A stretch of 30,571 nucleotides of DNA from a virus. Its lineage: Duplodnaviria > Caudoviricetes. Positions 1-8,300 of the stretch are shown piece after piece. Both the position numbers and the translations under genes were made by a program. Below the pieces are notes generated by a model that was not told where the DNA came from, searched no databases, and saw nothing but the letters and a program-made list of their open reading frames with translations. Within the stretch, counting starts at the first letter, position 1. Each line of letters opens with the position of its first letter. The stretch is taken from positions 1 to 30,571 of the IMG/VR virus record IMGVR_UViG_3300044674_004592; one strand, written 5' to 3'.

Positions 1-1
1 C

Positions 2-724
2 AAGTTCTGTTGCAATCGAAAGAGCACCAGTATTACTTGACCCAGTTCCTGTGGTTTTGCCTGTTAAAGTGAGAGATAAACCTGCAGCAGAAGCAGGAGT
101 ATTTGTAAAATTATTATAATCTAAATAGTATGTTCCTTCCTGGCCATCTAATGTGTCAGCATCTAATCCATTTCCAGAGCCTTCATCACCAGTAGTAAGG
201 ATACGCCCAACAACACCACCAGAAGCAATTTCCCAATAATCATTTACTTCATTCCATTGTAATACTACGTTATTAGCTGTGCCTCGTTCAACTTCAATGC
301 CTGCGTCTTGTGTTGGTGCACCAGTATGATTTGCATTTAAAGTAATAATATTATCTGATAACTGGATTGTTTCAGTATTAACATATGTTGTATTACCTGA
401 AACTGTGAGGTCACCAGTAATTGTAAGATTGGCATCAAATGTATCGTCTACATCTGAGCGTAAATATTGTGTGGAATCTAATCCATCTAATAAATCAGCA
501 TCAAGACCTGAGTTGGCACCATCGACTGTTTTGATTAAAGTAAGAAGGTCATTTGGGTCTGCACTAAACTCTATGATGTTTTCAGTATTTGAAACCGAAT
601 CATATTGTTTAATGAAGATTTTACCGTCTTGCGTATTAATCGCTAGTTCGCCCAACTCCAACTGAGCTGTAGTAGGCACGCGACCGGCAACGGCACTTCT
701 TCTAAGTTTAATCAATGTCGACAT
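2..724 (-). CDS. Tail fibre protein with a T4 gp37-like N-terminus; runs off the left edge (partial) and is absent from the ORF track
   Basis: Manual translation from the ATG at 724 is open to the window edge: MSTLIKLRRSAVAGRVPTTAQLELGELAINTQDGKIFIKQYD...GLDADLLDGLDSTQYLRSD...GDLTVSGNTTYVNTETI...DAGIEVERG...GLDADTLDG. The N-terminus resembles the T4 gp37 start as recalled (IQFKRS..AG.RP...L.EGELAINL.D..IF.K). An SD-like GAGGAAAGGA lies upstream. Confidence 0.85.
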   Translation of the reverse strand, partial: MSTLIKLRRSAVAGRVPTTAQLELGELAINTQDGKIFIKQYDSVSNTENIIEFSADPNDLLTLIKTVDGANSGLDADLLDGLDSTQYLRSDVDDTFDANLTITGDLTVSGNTTYVNTETIQLSDNIITLNANHTGAPTQDAGIEVERGTANNVVLQWNEVNDYWEIASGGVVGRILTTGDEGSGNGLDADTLDGQEGTYYLDYNNFTNTPASAAGLSLTLTGKTTGTGSSNTGALSIATEL

Positions 725-743
725 ATGTATGTCCTTTCCTCAC

Positions 744-755
744 GCCTATATAGGC
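744..755. promoter_or_regulatory. Perfect 12-bp palindrome GCCTATATAGGC between a stop codon and the next SD
   Basis: Seen directly in the 34-bp intergenic gap 725-758. No U-tract follows it on the minus strand; function unknown. Confidence 0.3.
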
Positions 756-758
756 AAG

Positions 759-3700
759 TTAAAAAGTTCCTCCGTCAAGAGTCGTCACAGTGACATCTCC
801 ACTTGTGACAGTAAAGTTATTTATGTTAAAGGAAGCAACACCAATATTAGTGTTGTTCGCCAATTCGCCAGCAATCAATATCTGATTGTTGCTGACAGTT
901 GTGTTAATACCTTCACCAGCAGCAAAGGTTATTATTTCGCCTAGAGCAACTACATCTGTGTTGCCAGACTCAGCTGATATAGAAATACCACCTGTGGTTA
1001 AATTTGTAATTGATGTTTCTAAGTAGCGTTTGTTAACTGCATCTTGAGCAAGAATTGGGTCTTGCAAATTGATAATGTTTGTATTATTAACATCGATATC
1101 TGCTCCACCAGAACTAGGATTAATAGAAATATTACCAGAATTTGTGGCAAGACTACCATCACCAATAGTAAAGTTGCTATTGATTACAATATCATCATCA
1201 ATTTCGATATCTTTAATACGAGAATCATTACTACTTGCAGGATTGATTTTGTAAGTGTTATTATTTTGGTCTACAAATCTGCGACCTATAATATCACCAG
1301 GTACAGTCCATGCTCCAGTTGTTCTGTTATAAGAAGCTCCAAAGTTAAATGTTGGAGATAGGAAACCAATCTCTCCACCCACCGCAAAGAGTGACATTGT
1401 GGAACCAGCACCATCTTCAATTTGTAATCTACCGGATCCTTTACCATAACCTACAATGATGCCGTCAATATGTGAGACATCATCTGGTTCAATATACATT
1501 TGGGTATTTGCAGAGTCACCAAATCTTGGAGCAAATATATTTCCTGTAGCTGTATCACCAATAGTGTTTAGATATCTTGCATCAAGGTCAACATAGTTAA
1601 ACGATGTTGCGATTGAAACATTTGAGTTATGAACAACTGTGTTTGAACCAGTAATAGCACCCGTTAAGTTAATATCAAAATCATTTGTTCTGAAATTAAT
1701 TTTATCGAGGGGGTCATCATGCGTAACAGAAATACCAAGTTCAGTATTGTTCCTCATCATCTCACCAACGAGATCGTGAGTTGTTTCTGTAAAGTCAGGA
1801 ATCGCGTTAGCTTGTAATTCTACTGGAATTTCTGTCGCAAATGTAATACGACCTTGAGCATCAACTCTAATTCTAGGAGTAAATCCATCACTACCATATA
1901 GGTCAGCCGATACACCAGTATCATCTAGTCCAATTTCAAATTCATTATTTGCTAGAGCTGTATTTGAACCTAACTCTAAACCTGTACCAATATGAATTTT
2001 AGGAGAGTTAAGTAAATCAATAACACCACTATTTGCACCATCTTGGATATCTAAATTAGAGGTAAAACTATCATTAATAAATCTTAAATTAACTGCGTCA
2101 GAGGGGTTGACAGGGTCGGCCAAGTCTGTTATAATAGTATTACCAACACTGATATTACCACCTATATCAAATGTAAGGTCTGTGTTTGCAGCTGTGGTAA
2201 TTACACCATTATTGGAAATATAGAACCTTTCTACACCAGCTGTTTGGAATCTTAATTTATCATCATCAGCACCTGGACTGGATTCAGCTGATATAAATGT
2301 ATCTTGGTCAGCATCAATTGTCCCGCCTAAACCTTTCCAAACTGAACCATCATAACCTTCAAATAAGCTATCTTCTGTGTTATATCTTATAGAACCTTGC
2401 TCAGCAGGCGTATATCTTTGAGCTGTATTTCCTGTAGGTAATACTAAACTATCATAGATTTTAAATTTACCATCAGCATTAACTTGAGCTCTTAATTCAC
2501 CAGCTGTATAGAATTGTAATTGGTCATTGTCGGCATTAGGACTTGTTTCAGCAATAATTCTTGTATCTTGGTCAACATCAATAACTGAACCAGCAAGTCC
2601 AGCCCAAATACTTCCATCATAACCTTCAAATCTTTGGTCGGTCGTATTGAAACGAATCATACCGGTTTCAGCGGTTGGTCTGTCACCAGTTCCACCAATA
2701 GGTAATATTACAGCACCAGTTTCGTCAAAGTCAAAAATTCCTGAATCTGATTTAAATGTTGGAACATAAATTTTGTTCCATTGTTTGCCGATTGTACCTA
2801 GATTATATGTGACATCAGCATCTGGTATTAAGTCACTTGTAAAATCAGCAACAACATTAACTGTATCTACATCGGCGTCACCAATTCTAATATTACCACC
2901 TAAGGTCAGGTTTCCAGTAATATCGGTATCGCCATCAATCGAAAGTGTTGAGCCATCCCATCTTAAAGAATTACTATCTACAAGTTCACCATTTAAACCT
3001 GCAAATACTACACGTCCCTGTGTAAGATCTTCAATTCTAGCACTAGCAAGTATAGCTTGAACAGAAACATCTAACGAACCAGTAATATTCTGATCGCCAG
3101 TTAAATTGAGGTCTGTTCCATCAAAGGTAAAATTACCATCATCTTCTACTGCACCATTCAGCCCAGCAAGTAATACACGATTATTTGTGAGGTCTGTGAC
3201 TTTTAAACTATCAACCTCTAGCTCACCAGTAAAGTCAATATTACCGGTAATTGTTGTATCGCCGACAACATTCAGTGTGCCTTGAATATCAGTATTACCA
3301 GCGATGTTAGTATCACCGGTCTGCCAATCAATGGTAAATTTATTTAAACCATCGCCATATTGGAAATCACCATCTGAGGCAAGTTGATATCTTAATGTTC
3401 CGCCAGTATAAAATTTTAGCTCGTCATTGTCAGAACCTGGACTATTTTCTGCTAAGATTTTTGTGTCTTGGTCGACATCGATTACACCACCAAGACCCTT
3501 CCAGGCCGTTCCATCATATCCTTCAAATTGAGTATCTGAAGTATTGAAACGAATCATTCCTCTTGCAGGAGCTGGTCGTTCCAAACTTGTACCATCCGGC
3601 AAAATAAATCCGCCGGTACTGTTGACATTTACCACATTTGATGTTATAATAAGACTATCGTCTTTACCAATAACATTCTCAAATGTTTGTGTATAATCTA

Positions 3701-4886
3701 GATCTAGTCTAGTTCCATCAGTAAGAGTAATACCTCTGCCATCAAAGCCTTGACCTTGGAACTGTTTCCATACAATCGCATCAGTATTTACAGTGAAGGT
3801 TTCAGCGTCAGCAACAGTAGCGACCCAACCAGTTTGGCCGTTATTTGTACCGTCAGAAACAAATACAAATGACCCAGCTATCTCTGACTGAGTAAGTCCA
3901 TACTCAGAGGTTTCATCGTCATATCGAGATCTCTGGAAAATCCAAGGGTCTGCAACAGCGCCTAATTGGATTAACTCATAACGGCCATTCTCTTCTGGAT
4001 TCGCCTGGTCTTTGACAAGGAGGCCATCGCCAACCTCCCAGTCTACAACACCGTCAACATTGAGAGTTGTTGCTGGTGATAGGGTAAATGTAGCTGCGTG
4101 TGATGTATTTCCACTAGAGAATGTGGAACCATATACACTCAGATCTTGAGTAGTGGCAGCAAGAACAATTTGTCTGCTTGCCATGTTGATAGCAACATTA
4201 TCTACATATCGTTTATTAGCTACATCTTCTGGGTCTATCGGGTCTCCGACTTGCCCAAGTTCTTGTTCTAAATAATTAACCGTGACTGCATCTTGTGGAA
4301 ACAATGGGTTAGCAAGATTAGAAATTCTGTGATTAGTGGCATCAATGACATCGGTTGCCTCTCCAGGAACCAATCGAATATCATCAACACCAAAGATACC
4401 ATCTAGTGTAAATGTAAGTTCGCCAACATTAAAATTGGTTAAACCTATTATTTCATTTGTGGTATCGCCAAGTGTGATTGCTGTATTACCAAATGTGATA
4501 TCCTTTGATATAACAACGGTAGAATTAGCGGAAAAATTATTTGCACTTAGCGTTTGATTTGTAAACTGAGTAATATGCCCAAATTGGTCTATAGCAATAT
4601 TTTTTGGATAGGCAAGATTACTATTTGTGGTACTAACTTCTGAGGAAGTATTTGCGTGTGAAACTACTACATTGGAAAGTTCTGTATCGGTTTCTGGTGT
4701 AATAATAATACCAGGACCAGCATCGATATCCTGTACATATGCTCCAATGGTATCAATACCAAGAACGACTGAATCTGGGACGATTACTGGCTTTCGTTCT
4801 GCTGGTGCGACAATGGGAGTCGTGGTATGTTGTTTCGGTACCGCCCTAATACTTTTAGAGGCGTTTACCTTAACTTTTATGCTCAC
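759..4886 (-). CDS. Mosaic tail-fibre/virion structural protein (1375 aa)
   Basis: Three copies of LPxG(x)4R..G[MS]IR[FY]NT.D..FEGYDG..W.GL...ID.DQDT.I.AE.SP..D.D.L.F.T.G; four neck-like P....D[AV]...[YF] motifs; a fibre module (VLAATT..VDGV..LLVKDQ..ENG.Y..FVFV.DG..GW); C-terminal LDGGTF. Lies among fibre genes. Confidence 0.75.
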   Translation of the reverse strand: MSIKVKVNASKSIRAVPKQHTTTPIVAPAERKPVIVPDSVVLGIDTIGAYVQDIDAGPGIIITPETDTELSNVVVSHANTSSEVSTTNSNLAYPKNIAIDQFGHITQFTNQTLSANNFSANSTVVISKDITFGNTAITLGDTTNEIIGLTNFNVGELTFTLDGIFGVDDIRLVPGEATDVIDATNHRISNLANPLFPQDAVTVNYLEQELGQVGDPIDPEDVANKRYVDNVAINMASRQIVLAATTQDLSVYGSTFSSGNTSHAATFTLSPATTLNVDGVVDWEVGDGLLVKDQANPEENGRYELIQLGAVADPWIFQRSRYDDETSEYGLTQSEIAGSFVFVSDGTNNGQTGWVATVADAETFTVNTDAIVWKQFQGQGFDGRGITLTDGTRLDLDYTQTFENVIGKDDSLIITSNVVNVNSTGGFILPDGTSLERPAPARGMIRFNTSDTQFEGYDGTAWKGLGGVIDVDQDTKILAENSPGSDNDELKFYTGGTLRYQLASDGDFQYGDGLNKFTIDWQTGDTNIAGNTDIQGTLNVVGDTTITGNIDFTGELEVDSLKVTDLTNNRVLLAGLNGAVEDDGNFTFDGTDLNLTGDQNITGSLDVSVQAILASARIEDLTQGRVVFAGLNGELVDSNSLRWDGSTLSIDGDTDITGNLTLGGNIRIGDADVDTVNVVADFTSDLIPDADVTYNLGTIGKQWNKIYVPTFKSDSGIFDFDETGAVILPIGGTGDRPTAETGMIRFNTTDQRFEGYDGSIWAGLAGSVIDVDQDTRIIAETSPNADNDQLQFYTAGELRAQVNADGKFKIYDSLVLPTGNTAQRYTPAEQGSIRYNTEDSLFEGYDGSVWKGLGGTIDADQDTFISAESSPGADDDKLRFQTAGVERFYISNNGVITTAANTDLTFDIGGNISVGNTIITDLADPVNPSDAVNLRFINDSFTSNLDIQDGANSGVIDLLNSPKIHIGTGLELGSNTALANNEFEIGLDDTGVSADLYGSDGFTPRIRVDAQGRITFATEIPVELQANAIPDFTETTHDLVGEMMRNNTELGISVTHDDPLDKINFRTNDFDINLTGAITGSNTVVHNSNVSIATSFNYVDLDARYLNTIGDTATGNIFAPRFGDSANTQMYIEPDDVSHIDGIIVGYGKGSGRLQIEDGAGSTMSLFAVGGEIGFLSPTFNFGASYNRTTGAWTVPGDIIGRRFVDQNNNTYKINPASSNDSRIKDIEIDDDIVINSNFTIGDGSLATNSGNISINPSSGGADIDVNNTNIINLQDPILAQDAVNKRYLETSITNLTTGGISISAESGNTDVVALGEIITFAAGEGINTTVSNNQILIAGELANNTNIGVASFNINNFTVTSGDVTVTTLDGGTF
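2235..3602 (-). repeat. Three ~68-aa internal protein repeats (approx. 3602-3400, 2705-2497, 2441-2235)
   Basis: Near-identical IR[FY]NT/FEGYDG/ID.DQDT/AE.SP motifs in the translation. Confidence 0.85.
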
Positions 4887-5215
4887 GCAACCTCCGTAAT
4901 AGTGTCAACTACAATTGCTAAGCCTTCAACTATTTTGGAACGTTCTCCTGTTGTTTTTTCCATTATTACGTCGTACTGATATTTGCCGGGTACTAATGAA
5001 TCTGTTTGTTGGTCTGTAAGGACGAGCGTGATATCATTATTGGCCTTCTCAATCGTGAAGTCTGCAATTGTATTAGAGCTAGAATAAAGTTTCTTTATCC
5101 CGCTATAAAAATTGTAGGTTGTTATCACCAACTCTTGGTCGTCTTCGTCGAACAAGTCTAGCGTTGTTCGGAAGTCCATTCCCTTGTCTATGTAAATATT
5201 TGCTCTCGATGCCAT
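4883..5215 (-). CDS. Conserved small virion protein of T4-like marine phages (110 aa, probable beta-sandwich adaptor)
   Basis: Pattern NIYIDKGMDF..L....ITLVLTDQQT..L.PGKYQYDV...G.RSKIVEG.A.V is typical of small ORFs in cyanophage-like fibre regions. Its stop overlaps the next start by 4 bp, suggesting translational coupling. Confidence 0.7.
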   Translation of the reverse strand: MASRANIYIDKGMDFRTTLDLFDEDDQELVITTYNFYSGIKKLYSSSNTIADFTIEKANNDITLVLTDQQTDSLVPGKYQYDVIMEKTTGERSKIVEGLAIVVDTITEVA

Positions 5216-5248
5216 GGCGATGAAACCTTTTTCTCTCTGTTATTATTC

Positions 5249-5256
5249 TATTTATT
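5249..5256 (-). promoter_or_regulatory. T4-type late promoter-like motif AATAAATA
   Basis: Contains ATAAATA (T4 gp55 consensus TATAAATA), 33 bp upstream of the ATG at 5215. The same octamer occurs in two other intergenic gaps. Confidence 0.6.
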
Positions 5257-5269
5257 ATTTAAGCTCTAT

Positions 5270-5299
5270 AAAACATAAAGGGCATATTAAATGCCCCTC
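5270..5299 (-). terminator. Intrinsic terminator downstream of the collagen fibre gene
   Basis: Minus strand reads GAG-GGGCAT-TTAAT-ATGCCC-TTTATGTTTT: a 6-bp core stem, extendable with G-U/A-U pairs, followed by a U-rich tract. Confidence 0.7.
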
Positions 5300-5350
5300 A
5301 TATCTTATTGCGATTTAGAGCATATCACTCTCACTTTATCATAAACTATA

Positions 5351-8300
5351 TTATTTTAATTTTTGTATTTGTTCTTGTTGTTCTTTTATTGCTTCAATAA
5401 GCAATCCAACAATATTAGCATAACTAACCGATTTAATACCATCTTCATTTGTGTTAACAACCTCAGGTAAAATTTCCTCAATTTCCTGAGCGATTAAACC
5501 AACCTTTCTCTCTTCTTGGCCAATCATATTAAAGTTAACACCTCGTAATGCAAGAACTTTATCCAATGCATTAGGTATTGTCTCTATATTTTCTTTTAAT
5601 GTTCTGTCAGATGTTGAATTAAAGTCTGCGGCTGTAATATCACCTGTAGTTGTAATATCAAATGCTTGACCGTCTAAGTTACCACCTAACTGAGGAGTTG
5701 TATCTTCAACAATATTATTGAGTGTACCACTACCACCACCGCCACCGGTAGGCCACGATGTAATTGTTGAACCACCTAATGTAGCAGAACCAGCAATTGT
5801 AATATTTTCTAATTGTAATTCATCAATGTTTGCTGTATAGAAGAAGTTAGACTGACTACCTGGGTTTGGTGATGTTGTAGCATATAATGTTCTAGCAGTC
5901 GAACTATCCTGAACAAATGTGACAAACATTGGAGTTGATTCAACAGAAGAACCGTGAATCGTAGATGTTTGAATTGTTGTAGCAGAACCTGAACCAGCAG
6001 GACCTTGAGGACCAATAGGGCCCGATCCGCCAGTAGTACCTTGTGGACCAATAGGACCCTGAATACCTTGGAATCCGTCTAAACCTGAAGAAGCTGAACC
6101 TTGGAAACCTCTAGTACCTTGTGTACCTTGGAAACCATTCTGACCTTGAGGACCAGGAGCACCAGTAAAGCCCTGAATACCGCCAGTTGCAACACCGTCA
6201 GCACCCTGGAATCCTGGATTACCTTGGATACCTTGAACACCCTGTGGACCTGGGCCACCAGTAGGTCCTTGAGAACCTAATGTACCAGCCGTCCCATCAG
6301 AACCTTGTGGACCAGCAGGACCTTGAGCACCAGCTGAACCTGTTCCAGCAGCACCTTGAGCTCCATCATCTCCATCAGCACCTTGTGGACCTTGAATACC
6401 TTGAGCACCACTACCACCAGCTCCACCATCTGGACCTTGAATACCAGTAATACCCTGTGGACCAGCAGGCCCCTGTACACCAATATCTCCAGCACCGTCT
6501 CTACCTTGTACACCTTGGATACCTTGAGGACCGGCAGGACCTTGAGCACCTTCGCCACCGATACCTAGAGCACCCTGGGTACCAGTTGTTCCTTGAACAC
6601 CTTGGATACCTTGGAAACCAGCACCAGAACTTCCGTCAGTTCCCTGAATACCTTGAGGACCGGCAGGACCTTGAACACCTACACCAGCATCTCCATCTGC
6701 ACCCTGAACACCTTGTGGACCAATTGAACCTTGGAAACCAGCAGGACCTTGAGTACCAGAACTACCGCCACCTTGAATACCTTGAATACCTTGTAAACCT
6801 TGAGGACCCGAAGAACCTTGAGCACCAGCAGGACCAGGTTGACCAGCACCACCATCAGCACCTTGTAAACCTTGAGCACCATCTGGGCCTTCAGGACCTT
6901 GAATACCTTGTGTACCTTGGAAACCATCAGAACCAACACCGCCGATACCTTGTGAACCAGTTAAGCCCTGGATACCCTGAATACCTTGAGCTCCAGTTCC
7001 TCCAGCACCTTGGAAACCTGCAGCACCTTGTGAACCATCTGCACCCTGCAGACCTTGAACACCCTGAACACCAATTGCACCATCAGCACCTTGTAAACCT
7101 GCAGGACCTTGGATACCATCAGCACCAGTTGCACCTTGAGCACCAGCACCATCAGTACCTTGTAAACCTTGGAGACCTAAATTACCTTGAATACCTTGAA
7201 CACCCTGTGGTCCAATAGCACCAGTTGCACCAGCATCACCAGTTCTAGCAAATGTAATTGTGACATCTTCACTATTTGCAAATGTACCATTACCACTTAC
7301 AAAGGCAACAGTAATATTAAAATATCCAGTTAATTCTGCAAGAGCAGAAATTGTAAAGATCTGGAATATTTCTGGTTGTGATTTTTTCGTAATTTTAACA
7401 TGGCCTTTAATAGGGCTTGTCGAATCATCAATTGTTCTTAAGAATGGTTCAATATTAACAAAGTTATCATCTCTATCGTCAATGTAAATTGCAGTGACAG
7501 ATGAATATGTACCGTTATTAAATTTAACATTACCAATGCCTGGGTCATTATTAACAATATCAGTTAAGAAAGTATAATCAAATGTAATACCGCCAAATGA
7601 ACCTTCAGCACCTTGTAAACCTGTGAAGCCTTGAATACCTTGAAGGCCTTGGATACCCTGTAAACCAGCACCAGTTTGACCTTGGATACCAGTAGTACCT
7701 TGAGGTCCTTGAATACCAGCTGGGCCTTTTGGAATAAATGTTATTACTGTTTCTGGGCCGTGTACCTGAGAAACCTGTGTATCCCAATCAGTGACATTTC
7801 CATCTACAAATGTGACATCCCAGAAACCATAGTTTTTACCAACACCGTCCCATGTCCAACCAGTAATTTCATAAATTAACCAATGATGGCCACCAGGACC
7901 TTGTAATGCATCGCCAGCACCTCTTTGAATTTTTAGATAACCTTTAATTGCGCCTGGTTGTGCAGCAATAAAATCTAAGAAATCATCTACTTCAGTATCG
8001 TATTGGTCATCAGGAATATCATCAATAGTAATTAATGTAGCATTCTGTGGATTTGCGTTATTAAATTTGAAATTATTTGTGCCTGGGTCAGTACCACCGA
8101 TTGTATTACTACTAAATAACCATTGGAAAGATAAACCACCATAGATACCTTGTTCCCCTTGGATACCTTGAACACCCTGTGGTCCTATTACACCCTGAAT
8201 ACCTTGTGAACCAGTTTGTCCAGCTGGAATAAAGGTAATATTAGCTGTATCACCATATACGGCTGCAGCACCATTCGCCCAACTTGTACCTGGGCTTGAA

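Noticed and set aside
405-1361. Plus-strand ORFs 405-665, 729-944, 1044-1361 and 1069-1254
   Set aside because: They overlap the minus-strand fibre genes, which carry clear family motifs.
6356-7218. 253-aa plus-strand ORF rich in H/L/Q/E, and other short ORFs overlapping the collagen gene
   Set aside because: Shadow frames created by the 9-bp collagen periodicity; fully nested in a well-supported CDS with no recognisable motifs.
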